DNA of 64,000 nt from an uncultured Syntrophaceae bacterium (lineage in GTDB: Bacteria; Desulfobacterota; Syntrophia; Syntrophales; UBA6109), in assembly GCA_964506465.1 (NCBI GenBank), contig CAZDLM010000002.1, forward strand, positions 92,636-156,635, in the 5' to 3' direction. The notes beneath the pieces were generated by a model. That model was not told the DNA's origin and searched no databases. It saw only the letters and a list, made by a program, of their open reading frames with translations. A program made the position numbers and the translations under genes. Every line of letters starts with the position of its first letter. Position 1 is the first letter of the stretch. Positions 48,864 through 57,475 of this stretch are shown one piece after another.

Positions 48864-49697
48864 CTATTTTCCCACGGTATGTGGAGGGGCCTGGATCGCC
48901 GGTTTTCGCTCCGCGTTTTCAGGCAGGTGCCATACCTTTGCACAGGGTTCTTTCCCGCTCAGGTTGAAGTACTCGCGGACGAGTTCCTTCTTCATGAGCT
49001 GGATGGCCCGCGCCGGATCGACGCCTTTGGGACAGACGTTGGAGCATTCCCCGGCGTAGTGGCAATTGTAGGCCCCGTGCGACGCCGCAACGATGTCCTT
49101 CCTTTCCTTCGCGCCGTCGTCTCTGGAGTCAACACAGTAGCGGTAGATCTGGGTGATCGGCATGGGCCCCAGATACTGCCGGTCCGTCGCCATCGTCGGA
49201 CAGCCTGCCATACAGGCGCCGCACTTGATGCAGTAGGTGAACTGGAGGAACTTTTCCAACTGATGCTGACTCTGGAAAAATTCTCCGGACGGTTCTTCCA
49301 TTTCCTTCCGGTCGCTCCGTTTGATATACGGCTGGATGCGCTGGTGCACTTCGAACATCGGCACCAGATCCGGCACCAGGTCCCGGATGATCGAAAAGTT
49401 CGGGAGGGGCGCGACCGTCAGAACGCTCTGTGTGATATCCAGGATCTGCGTATTGCAGGCGAGCGTCGGCTTGCCGTTGATCAGCATGCCGCAGGAGCCG
49501 CAAACACCCATCCGGCAGGAGAAGCGGAACGCTAATGTCGGATCCTGCGTCTCCTTGATCCGATGGAGTCCGTCCAGGACCGTCATCCCGGGCTCCACCT
49601 GAAGGTTGTACTGCTGCTCTCTGGGCTCTTCATCTCTTGCCGGATCGAAGCGACGGATATAAAAAGTGATGTTGGTCTTCTTCTCTTCTTTTTCCAT
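48864..49697 (-). CDS. sdhB: Succinate dehydrogenase/fumarate reductase iron-sulfur subunit (set 1)
   Basis: ORF trimmed to ATG (complement 49695-49697). 2Fe-2S motif SCRMGVCGSCGMLINGKPTLAC and further Cys clusters CIKCGACMAGCP and CHYAGECSNVCPKG. Confidence 0.9.
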   Translation of the reverse strand: MEKEEKKTNITFYIRRFDPARDEEPREQQYNLQVEPGMTVLDGLHRIKETQDPTLAFRFSCRMGVCGSCGMLINGKPTLACNTQILDITQSVLTVAPLPNFSIIRDLVPDLVPMFEVHQRIQPYIKRSDRKEMEEPSGEFFQSQHQLEKFLQFTYCIKCGACMAGCPTMATDRQYLGPMPITQIYRYCVDSRDDGAKERKDIVAASHGAYNCHYAGECSNVCPKGVDPARAIQLMKKELVREYFNLSGKEPCAKVWHLPENAERKPAIQAPPHTVGK

Positions 49698-49710
49698 GGT
49701 TTCATCCTTC

Positions 49711-50085
49711 CTATAGGGCTGCACCCAGCGTCTTGGCCGCGATGGCGGCGTAGGCGCCGACAATGAAAAGGACCACCCCGACGATCCACAGCGTGACCGT
49801 CAGCGACCGCTGGCAGGCCTTGCCGATCCCCAGCTCGAAAACGATCGTCCGCAAGCCGTAGAAACCGTGATAAAGCACTGCCGCCAGCAGCAGGATGTAT
49901 GCGGTCATGAAGAAGGCGGAATGGCTGCGGAAGGCCACGTTTTCCCACGCCACGGCTTCCGCGCCGGCCGGGTTGAAGATCCCGACGATCCCGCTCAGAT
50001 GGACTACCGCCATGTGGAGCCCGCCCAGAACAAAGATGACGAGCCCGGCAATCAAAAACCAGATCCAGTATGCTGTCTCTCTCAT
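49711..50085 (-). CDS. sdhD: Succinate dehydrogenase membrane subunit (SdhD-like, set 1)
   Basis: 124 aa, 3 TM helices. His-bearing helices LHMAVVHLSG and LYHGFYGL. Operon position. Confidence 0.7.
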   Translation of the reverse strand: MRETAYWIWFLIAGLVIFVLGGLHMAVVHLSGIVGIFNPAGAEAVAWENVAFRSHSAFFMTAYILLLAAVLYHGFYGLRTIVFELGIGKACQRSLTVTLWIVGVVLFIVGAYAAIAAKTLGAAL

Positions 50086-50098
50086 TGCGAAGCTCCCT

Positions 50099-50536
50099 TC
50101 ATCCCAAGAAAAAGATATTGAATCCCCCGGCGATGATGAAGACCGCGGAAAGAACCATGGCGATCACCATCAGCGGACGCTGGGTATTCAAGGACGATCT
50201 GTACGGATAGACCGGCTCTTCGGCCTTCCCCACCGCCAGTCCCCATTCGATGAGGACCAGACGGATGCCGTTGAGGGCGTGGAAGGCGAAGCCAATGACA
50301 ATGAAAAATTCCCCGACCTTGAAAAACGGATGTTTGAGCGTTTCCATCGCCCCGTTCCATGTCTCCGGTCCGAAAATGCGCAGCGAACTCTCGAAGATAT
50401 GCATCAGGAAGAACAGCAGCAATCCCAACCCGGCCACGCGGTGGATGATGTACAGATAGCGCTCGAAACCCCATCGACCGCCTCCGAGCCACCCCAGAAT
50501 TCCAATATGGTTGTCGAATTTCTTGAAGTTTGCCAT
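50099..50536 (-). CDS. sdhC: Succinate dehydrogenase cytochrome b subunit (SdhC-like, set 1)
   Basis: ORF trimmed to MANFKKF. 3 TM helices. IIHRVAGLGLLLFFLMH and FHALNGIRL. Confidence 0.75.
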   Translation of the reverse strand: MANFKKFDNHIGILGWLGGGRWGFERYLYIIHRVAGLGLLLFFLMHIFESSLRIFGPETWNGAMETLKHPFFKVGEFFIVIGFAFHALNGIRLVLIEWGLAVGKAEEPVYPYRSSLNTQRPLMVIAMVLSAVFIIAGGFNIFFLG

Positions 50537-50546
50537 CGTGTCCCCC

Positions 50547-52292
50547 TTAATATTTCCGCTCAACCGGTTTCCACTTGGTGATGGCTACCGGCTTGTAAGA
50601 GAGTTTCGGCCCGTCCTGACTGTACGTGACCAGCGAGTGCTTCAGCCACTTCTCGTCATCACGTGTCGGGAAATCCGTGCGCGCATGCGCCCCGCGGGAT
50701 TCCTCACGCGCCAGAGCAGCCGTTAGAAGCGCCTCGGCCAGATTCAGGAGATTTTCCACTTCCAGGGCATTGATCAGGTTGGTGTTGTAAACCTGCCCCT
50801 TGTCCTGGATCGAGATGCGCTGGTACCGCTGTTTGAGGTCCTGAACCTTCTTCAGACCTTCGCTCATGCTCTTGGCCGTGCGGTAGACACCGGCGTGCTG
50901 GTCCATCGCGACGCGGAGTTCTTTCTTGATGTCGTACTGGTTTTCCGTGCCCTTGCGGTTCAGGAGTTCGCCGAAGATGCGGGCATATTCGTCATCGATG
51001 CGATCTCCCCGCAATTTCGGCATGGGCGGATCGGCATTGAGGAACTTGACGATTTCCGCTCCCGTGATCCCGCCCCAGACGAGGCACTCCGCCGTGGAAT
51101 TGCAGCCGAGACGATTGGCGCCGTGCATGGAGTGGCAGGCCACCTCGCCGGCCGCCCACACCCCCTTGACCTTCGTCGCGCCGTTGATGTCCGCTTCGAT
51201 TCCGCCCATGCTGTAGTGGGCAACCGGACGGACCGGAATCGGCTTCAGGATCGGATCGAGTCCGAGGAACTTCATGCAGACTTCGCGGATCAGGGGAAGG
51301 CAGTGATTGATCTTCTCCGCTCCCAGGTGCGTGAGATCGAGGTGGACGTAGTCGAGTCCGTCCGGGCCCTTGAAACCGCGGCCCTCCAGGATCTCTGTCA
51401 TTTCCGACCGGGAAACGATATCGCGCGGCGCCAGTTCCATGAATTTCGCGGCATACTTTTCCATGAGGCGCTTGCCTTCGGTGTTCTTCAGGTATCCGCC
51501 CTCCCCGCGGCAGGCCTCGGTCATGAGAATGCCCGATGGGACAAGCCCCGTGGGATGGAACTGGAGGAACTCAGGATCTTCGATGCACATCCCGGCCTTG
51601 TACGCCAGCGCCTGCCCGTCGCCGCTGACGGTCTGCGAATACGTGGTGAACCCATAGAGTGTTCCCAAGCCGCCGGTGGCGATCAACAGGGCCTTCGCCC
51701 GCAGCACCATGAATTTCCCGGTCGGCATGAAGATGCCGGCAAGCCCGCAGAATTCGCCGTTTTCCACGAGGATGGACGTCGCGAAGAATTCGTCGTAGCG
51801 CGAAAAATTCTTGTACTGCATGAAGGTGTCGTAGAGCGTCTGCACCTCGAAGAAGCCGGTCTTGTCCGCCGCCATGGTCGCCCGCGGAAAGCTGTGCCCT
51901 CCGAATGGGCGCTGCTGGATGCTGCCGTTCGGACGTCTCGACCATGGCATTCCCCAGTGATCCATGAGCAGGATCTCTTTGGGGCTGGTCTCGACAAACC
52001 GGTCAACGACATCCTGATCGGCGAGGAAGTCGGCGCCTTTCACCGTGTCCCAGGCGTGGAGTTCCAGGTTGTCTCCCTCTTCCTCCCGGAGAACGGCCGC
52101 CGTGCCGCCTTCGGCGCACACCGAGTGCGGGCGCTGGATCTGAACCTTGGAGACGAGTCCGATATTGATCGCATCATCGGACTTGCGGGCGATCTCGACG
52201 GCGGCCCGCAATCCCGCCAAGCCCGTTCCGAATATCAATACATCGTGAGTGACAATTTCCGTTTCTCTTCCACCGTATCCGGTAGTTTTCAT
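50547..52292 (-). CDS. sdhA: Succinate dehydrogenase/fumarate reductase flavoprotein subunit (set 1)
   Basis: FGTGLAGLRAA dinucleotide fold, RPHSVCAEGG (His for covalent FAD), FHPTG, TEACRGEGG, HYSMGG, ANRLGCNS. ATG 52292 (AAGGTGG RBS) preferred over GTG 52298. Confidence 0.95.
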   Translation of the reverse strand: MKTTGYGGRETEIVTHDVLIFGTGLAGLRAAVEIARKSDDAINIGLVSKVQIQRPHSVCAEGGTAAVLREEEGDNLELHAWDTVKGADFLADQDVVDRFVETSPKEILLMDHWGMPWSRRPNGSIQQRPFGGHSFPRATMAADKTGFFEVQTLYDTFMQYKNFSRYDEFFATSILVENGEFCGLAGIFMPTGKFMVLRAKALLIATGGLGTLYGFTTYSQTVSGDGQALAYKAGMCIEDPEFLQFHPTGLVPSGILMTEACRGEGGYLKNTEGKRLMEKYAAKFMELAPRDIVSRSEMTEILEGRGFKGPDGLDYVHLDLTHLGAEKINHCLPLIREVCMKFLGLDPILKPIPVRPVAHYSMGGIEADINGATKVKGVWAAGEVACHSMHGANRLGCNSTAECLVWGGITGAEIVKFLNADPPMPKLRGDRIDDEYARIFGELLNRKGTENQYDIKKELRVAMDQHAGVYRTAKSMSEGLKKVQDLKQRYQRISIQDKGQVYNTNLINALEVENLLNLAEALLTAALAREESRGAHARTDFPTRDDEKWLKHSLVTYSQDGPKLSYKPVAITKWKPVERKY

Positions 52293-52320
52293 ATCCACCC
52301 ACCTTTATCGAGTATTGTGG

Positions 52321-52878
52321 TCAGTCTTTCCGGTATTTTTTCGCACCCTCCACGTAAAGGTCGTTTCCCTTGGTGTCGTTGATGACGACCGCGGGAAAAT
52401 TCTCGACCTCCAACCGATGGATGGCTTCCGGTCCCAAATCCTCATAGGCGACGACCGTTGCCTTCTTGATGCTTCTGGCCAGGACCGCGCCGGCACCGCC
52501 CGTGGCACCGAAGTAGATGGCTTTGTATTTCTTCATCGCTTCGATGACTTCGGGAGCGCGGTTTCCCTTGCCGATCATGCCCTTCATCCCCAATTCCATC
52601 AATTTCGGGGCGTAGGCGTCCATGCGGTAGCTCGTCGTCGGTCCCGCAGAGCCGATGGGTTTTCCGGGTCTTGCGGGCGCCGGACCAACGTAGTAGATGA
52701 TCTGTCCCTTGACATCGATGGGCAGTTCCTTGCCCTCTTTGATGAGATCGGTCAGCCGTTTATGAGCCGCATCCCTTCCCGTGTAAATGACGCCGGTGAT
52801 CAGGACCTTGTCGCCGATCTTCAATTTGTCGACGTCATCATTGCTCAGAGGTGTCTTCAGTTGAATCTCGTTTGCCAT
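52321..52878 (-). CDS. Class I (Fe-S) fumarate hydratase, beta (C-terminal-domain) subunit
   Basis: LKIGDKVLITGVIYTGRDAAHKRL ... GPTTSYRMDAYAPKLMELGMKGMIGKG ... EDLGPEAIHRLEVENFPAVV. Confidence 0.9.
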   Translation of the reverse strand: MANEIQLKTPLSNDDVDKLKIGDKVLITGVIYTGRDAAHKRLTDLIKEGKELPIDVKGQIIYYVGPAPARPGKPIGSAGPTTSYRMDAYAPKLMELGMKGMIGKGNRAPEVIEAMKKYKAIYFGATGGAGAVLARSIKKATVVAYEDLGPEAIHRLEVENFPAVVINDTKGNDLYVEGAKKYRKD

Positions 52879-52890
52879 GCTATTCCTCCA

Positions 52891-53730
52891 TTAGATCGTC
52901 GCTTCCTTGTGCCTGTTTGCATGACACTGTACGTTCACCGCCAATGGCAGGCTGGCAATGTGACAAGGCTCGACTTCGAAGAAGACATCCAGCGCCGTCG
53001 TCGTGCCGCCATATCCCATGGGTCCGATACCGAGTTTGTTGATCCTCTCCAGGACCTCCTGCTCTATCTTGGCGATCTTCGGATCGGGATTGCGCTGCCC
53101 CACCTTCCGCAACAATGCCTTCTTGGCCAGGATCGCCGTTCTCTCGAATGTCCCCCCGATCCCGACACCGACAACCGTCGGAGGACAGGGATTGGAACCG
53201 GCCTCCTTCATGCGGTTGACGACAAAATCCTTGATGCCTTCGATGCCCGCCGAGGGCGCCAGCATGTGTACGCGGCTCATGTTCTCCGCTCCGCCGCCCT
53301 TGGGAACGGCCATGATCCTGATCTTGTCGCCGGGAACGATGTCATAGTGGACGATCGCCGGGGTATTGTCTCCCGTATTCTTTCTGGTAAACGGATCACA
53401 GGATGATTTTCTCAGGTAGCCGTCCTTGTAGGCCTGGCGGACGCCCTCGTTGAGGGCTTCCCTGATGTTCCCGCCCACGATGTGGACATCCTGACCGATA
53501 TCGACGAACAGGACGGCAAGACCTGTGTCCTGGCAGATCGGATATTCGCCTTCCGCGGAAATCCCGACGTTCTGCTTGAGTTCCTTCAGAACTTCCTTTG
53601 CGACGGGCGATTCGTCCTTCTGAATCCCCTTGTCGAAGGCGTCCACGATGTCTTGACCGATATGGTAATTTGCATCAATCAGCAGTTTTTTTACTGTGGG
53701 TACGATTTCGCTGACGTGGACCTCTCTCAT
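52891..53730 (-). CDS. Class I (Fe-S) fumarate hydratase, alpha (N-terminal-domain) subunit
   Basis: 279 aa. ICQDTGLAVLFVDIG and GGGAENMS ... PCPPTVVGVGIGGT motifs of the Fe-S hydro-lyase alpha type. Confidence 0.9.
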   Translation of the reverse strand: MREVHVSEIVPTVKKLLIDANYHIGQDIVDAFDKGIQKDESPVAKEVLKELKQNVGISAEGEYPICQDTGLAVLFVDIGQDVHIVGGNIREALNEGVRQAYKDGYLRKSSCDPFTRKNTGDNTPAIVHYDIVPGDKIRIMAVPKGGGAENMSRVHMLAPSAGIEGIKDFVVNRMKEAGSNPCPPTVVGVGIGGTFERTAILAKKALLRKVGQRNPDPKIAKIEQEVLERINKLGIGPMGYGGTTTALDVFFEVEPCHIASLPLAVNVQCHANRHKEATI

Positions 53731-53743
53731 GATAACCCCCTAT

Positions 53744-55198
53744 CTATTTGGCCTGTGCAATCGCCTTCTTGAGCGCCTTTTCCAGCATGCTGATGGGCGG
53801 TTTCCTGATGAAGCCCTTCGCCATCAGGGTGTCCGTCAGCTTTCTCGATTCGGAGATGTCGTCGTAGGCTTTCTTGTAAACTTCTTTGGCGGTCATTTTC
53901 ACCCGGGCAACGCCGTCCTTGATGGCCTGCATGGCGACGTCCCTGGCTTCGGAGGGGAAGACTTCCCATTCCGTCATCTTCGGGACGATGTCATCGGGAT
54001 TGATGCCGCGCTTCTCGGCCGTCTTCGCCAGACACTTGGCGGCGGCGATCGCCATCCCATCCGTGATCTTCGACGCCTTCACCAGGGAGGCACCCTTGAG
54101 GATGCCGGGGAAGCCGATGGAGTTGTTCACCTGGTTGGGGAAATCGCCGCGGCCGGTGGCCACGACGTAGGCGCCCGCTTCTTTTGCCTCATAAGGATAG
54201 ATTTCGGGAACGGGGTTGGCGCAGCAAAAAACGATGGACTTCTTCGCCATGGTCTTCACCCACTCGCCTTTGATGACACCCGGTCCCGGCGTGGAAAGCG
54301 AAATCAGCACGTCGGCGCCCTTCATGGCATCCTGAATATTGTTGACCCTCTTGGGGTTTGTCGCCTCGCAGATCTCCCACTTTCGGTAGTAGCGCTTGTC
54401 GGCCTCGATGTCCTTGCGGCCCTTGTGCAACCCGCCCTTGGAATCGCACATAACGATGTTGTCCGGATCGGCGCCCGCCGCCAGGATCAGACGGACGATC
54501 GTCGTGTTGGAGGCGCCGGCGCCGAAGAAGGCCATCTTCACCTTGTTCATCTGTTTCCCGGCGACCTTCAGGGCGTTGATCAAGCCGCCGAGGGTCACGC
54601 AGGCGGTGCCCTGCGCGTCGTCATGCCAGACGGGAATTTCACACTCTTCGCGGAGGGTGTCGAGGACCTTGAAGCAGTTCGGCTGGGAGATGTCTTCAAG
54701 ATTGACCGCGCCGACGCTCGGCTGCAACATCTTCACGAACTCGATGATCTTGTCGGCGTCGTGCTCACCCTTGGCATTGTAGCTGTTCACGCAAAGGGCA
54801 ATCGCGTCCAGACCGCCCAGATACTTGATCAGGAACGCCTTGCCTTCCATGACGCCCAAGCCCCCCGGAGGCGTGCAGTCGCCGTCGCCGAGAACACGCG
54901 TAGAATCGCTGACTACCGCGACGAGGTTCGCGCGGTTGGAGAGTTCGAAGGAGAGAGCATTGTCGTCACGGATCGAAGTCGAAATTTTCGATACGCCGGG
55001 GCTGTAGTAAACGTTGAACCAGTTGAAGCTGTACAGACCGGCCTTCGGGACCGTCATCATCTTGCCGCCATAGAATCTGTGCGCTTCCAGGGCCAGTTCT
55101 TTCAGAAAAATCGTCTGCCCTTTGGCAACCTGCGCAGGCGTGAAGGTCTTCGGGAAAGCCTTCTTCAGGTCCTTCATCTTGAGATCGATTTTGGCCAT
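53744..55198 (-). CDS. NAD(P)-dependent malic enzyme
   Basis: VWHDDAQGTA, GAGASNTT dinucleotide motif, YSPGVS. No phosphotransacetylase-like tail. Confidence 0.9.
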   Translation of the reverse strand: MAKIDLKMKDLKKAFPKTFTPAQVAKGQTIFLKELALEAHRFYGGKMMTVPKAGLYSFNWFNVYYSPGVSKISTSIRDDNALSFELSNRANLVAVVSDSTRVLGDGDCTPPGGLGVMEGKAFLIKYLGGLDAIALCVNSYNAKGEHDADKIIEFVKMLQPSVGAVNLEDISQPNCFKVLDTLREECEIPVWHDDAQGTACVTLGGLINALKVAGKQMNKVKMAFFGAGASNTTIVRLILAAGADPDNIVMCDSKGGLHKGRKDIEADKRYYRKWEICEATNPKRVNNIQDAMKGADVLISLSTPGPGVIKGEWVKTMAKKSIVFCCANPVPEIYPYEAKEAGAYVVATGRGDFPNQVNNSIGFPGILKGASLVKASKITDGMAIAAAKCLAKTAEKRGINPDDIVPKMTEWEVFPSEARDVAMQAIKDGVARVKMTAKEVYKKAYDDISESRKLTDTLMAKGFIRKPPISMLEKALKKAIAQAK

Positions 55199-55460
55199 GC
55201 TGAAGTACTCCTTTCTTTCGGAAGAATTAAGGATTCAAAGACTTGTTTTGAAACGTTGGGAAATGGAACTTGGAAGAGCTGCACTTTTCAAACGTGTCCG
55301 CCATGAATATATACGCACTTTATAAATGCATTGACCTTTTATAATAATGAAATGCAATAGTCAAGAAAAAAAGGGTGATGATTCCGCAGTCAATAAATCA
55401 TTACAACAATTGAATATTATTTGTTATTTCACGAACGCAACTCCGGATTGGATTTTCAAA

Positions 55461-55502
55461 TGGTAATCATTTTTTACCAGGATTGGTAAGTCGTTTTTAC
55501 CA
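55461..55502. promoter_or_regulatory. Tandem 19-bp palindromic operator-like sites in the AT-rich divergent control region
   Basis: TGGTAA-tcatttt-TTACCA (55461-55479) and TGGTAA-gtcgttt-TTACCA (55484-55502). Identical half-sites, 23 bp centre to centre. Confidence 0.5.
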
Positions 55503-55561
55503 TCACGGAGCGATAGCAGGCATCGAATTATAGGAGATATCTTGTTGGCCGACAGTGCTCA

Positions 55562-55590
55562 TTGCATCCGACGGCCCCTGCCCTTATAAT
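55562..55590 (+). promoter_or_regulatory. Near-consensus sigma70 promoter for the usp/lipoprotein genes
   Basis: TTGCAT (55562-55567), 17-nt spacer, TATAAT (55585-55590), 75 nt upstream of ATG 55665. Confidence 0.55.
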
Positions 55591-55664
55591 GGCATTCACC
55601 CTCAGCCTTCGGAACGCCACAAAGCGGATCATCGGCTGGATTTCAAAAGGAGGTCAAGGCACCC

Positions 55665-56084
55665 ATGTTCAAACACATTTTGGTTCCCGTAGATTTTTCG
55701 CATAAGAACAAGAAGGCCGTCGACGTCGCGATGAGGATGGCCTCTTGCTCAGGCGCATCGGTGACGCTTCTCCACGTAATCCAGACGGTGGCCGATGTCG
55801 ATTTCTCCGAGCTTGAGGCCTTTTACAGAAGAATGGAGAACCGCGCCGTTCGTGCGCTCGACAGGCTGGCGGCTTCCCACAAGGACCCCGCTGTCAGCAT
55901 CCGCAAAGAGATCATCTTCGGCGACCGCGTGAAAGAGATCTTGAAATACGTGGCGGCCCGCAAGGTGGACGTCGTCGTTATGAACTCCCACCGCATCGAT
56001 CCCAAAAACCTGACACAGGGCTGGGGCACCATCAGCTACAAGGTGGTGTTGCTGTGTCCGTCACCCGTGATGCTCGTGAAATAG
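55665..56084 (+). CDS. Universal stress protein (UspA family)
   Basis: MFKHILVPVDFSHKNKKAVDVA ... VDVVVMNSH ... GTISYKVVLLCPSPVMLVK. Confidence 0.85.
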   Translation: MFKHILVPVDFSHKNKKAVDVAMRMASCSGASVTLLHVIQTVADVDFSELEAFYRRMENRAVRALDRLAASHKDPAVSIRKEIIFGDRVKEILKYVAARKVDVVVMNSHRIDPKNLTQGWGTISYKVVLLCPSPVMLVK

Positions 56085-56109
56085 ATTATCCTCAAAGGAG
56101 TGGCGTTTC

Positions 56110-57369
56110 ATGAAGCCGTTGTTGTATTGCCGCGCGACTGTTTCCGTCTTGATGCTGTGCCTTCTCACCATTCTTTCCGGATGCGCGGAGATCCGCTTGA
56201 ACACGCTTCCGTCACCGCCGCCGACGGCGAAACTCCGCGTCGTGGTGCTTCCCATGACGACGGGTCATCATCCGCTCGGGGCGTGGCTCGTGTCCGAGAA
56301 GGACTTTGCGGAATATCAGTATCGAAGCGTGTCAAGAATGCTTCGGATCAAGGGCATCTACAGCGTGGTCCCGCGGGAAGAAGTCCTTGCCGTGACGGCG
56401 AATCAAAAGATCGAAGGTTGGCAATGGGCAAGACAAGACTGGAAGCTTGCGAAGGAGGCCGGACGCGCGCTTCACGCCGATTATGTATTGATTTATGAGC
56501 GGACCTACGCGGGAGCGATTGTCAACAAACTGGTATTGATCAGTCTTTCGACGGGCAGGGTATTCGAGGAAACCATGCTCATGCCTGCAGCCTCCGGATC
56601 TCATCTGGCGGCTATGGGCGACTCCGTGGAAATCGTCAGGACCGCCTACCGGGAAATATTCATGGCAGCCAAAGGTGATATGTTTTCGACGGCCATCCGG
56701 AAAGGGAAAGCCATCAGCCCACCGGCTGAACGAAAAGCACCCGAACGCAGCACATTCGATACTACGAAGAAGCGTCCCCATCCCTCCGCAGGACCGATTG
56801 AAAGAATGAAGCCTCCGGAAAGTGAAACACTGAAGATGCCGCCCACTGTTTCACCACCGGCTGTTAACGCCAAAGCAGTGGATGCGCAGACAGGCGAACC
56901 GGGCAAAGATAAACTCCCCGCCGGTCTCCAGGCCACGATCGACAAACAACAGGTCGACACGGCAGGAAGGCACCGCCTCGTCGTATACGATTTCGACGCT
57001 GTCGGTCAGCTCGATGTCGTCGCTATGGTCCTCACCGAGGCGTTGCGGGAGGAGCTCCACGAACTCGGCAGATTCCTGTTGGTGAACCGGGAGGACATCG
57101 TTCAGGTGATGGACGAATTGAAACTGCAGCAATCGGGAATGGTGGATGAAACCCAGGCCGTCCAAATGGGAAAATGGCTGGCGGCGAATGAAACCGTGAC
57201 CGGGAAACTGGCCCAACTGGGAAATCTGTACGTGCTGCAGGCGAAGCGGACGGACGTCAAGACGCTGGGAACCCTCGGCATCGGATCGCTGAAGAGTTCC
57301 GCGGGCAGGGAGGAGGAACTGCTCAACGGGCTGCCTTCCCTGGCGAGAAAACTGGCCGGCCTTCCGTAG
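56110..57369 (+). CDS. Lipoprotein with two CsgG/LpoB-like alpha-beta modules joined by a Pro-rich linker
   Basis: Lipobox LTILSGC. The C-terminal module (RLVVYDFDAVG...LREELHELGRFLLVNREDIVQVMDELKLQQSG) and the N-terminal module resemble CsgG/FlgO/LpoB-type domains. Confidence 0.7.
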   Translation: MKPLLYCRATVSVLMLCLLTILSGCAEIRLNTLPSPPPTAKLRVVVLPMTTGHHPLGAWLVSEKDFAEYQYRSVSRMLRIKGIYSVVPREEVLAVTANQKIEGWQWARQDWKLAKEAGRALHADYVLIYERTYAGAIVNKLVLISLSTGRVFEETMLMPAASGSHLAAMGDSVEIVRTAYREIFMAAKGDMFSTAIRKGKAISPPAERKAPERSTFDTTKKRPHPSAGPIERMKPPESETLKMPPTVSPPAVNAKAVDAQTGEPGKDKLPAGLQATIDKQQVDTAGRHRLVVYDFDAVGQLDVVAMVLTEALREELHELGRFLLVNREDIVQVMDELKLQQSGMVDETQAVQMGKWLAANETVTGKLAQLGNLYVLQAKRTDVKTLGTLGIGSLKSSAGREEELLNGLPSLARKLAGLP

Positions 57370-57402
57370 CCGCCGGAAACAGTCCGCTACGAGCGCGAAG
57401 AC

Positions 57403-57443
57403 CCGGATGGGCCGCCTGATCCATCCGGCTCTTTCTTCTTCTC
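57403..57443. terminator. Hairpin between convergent genes (possible bidirectional terminator)
   Basis: CCGGATGG (57403-57410) / CCATCCGG (57421-57428), followed by the T/C-rich run CTCTTTCTTCTTCTC. Confidence 0.45.
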
Positions 57444-57475
57444 TGCACGCAATCTGTTACCCTGCGCCGCGGCGA

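Noticed and set aside
55199-55664. Sigma54 (-24/-12) promoters for the dicarboxylate block or usp
   Set aside because: The TGG...TGC-like strings present (for example TGGCGGACACGTTTGA on the minus strand and TGGCCGACAGTGC on the plus strand) have the wrong GG-to-GC spacing or lack the GC. No enhancer-binding protein gene is nearby.
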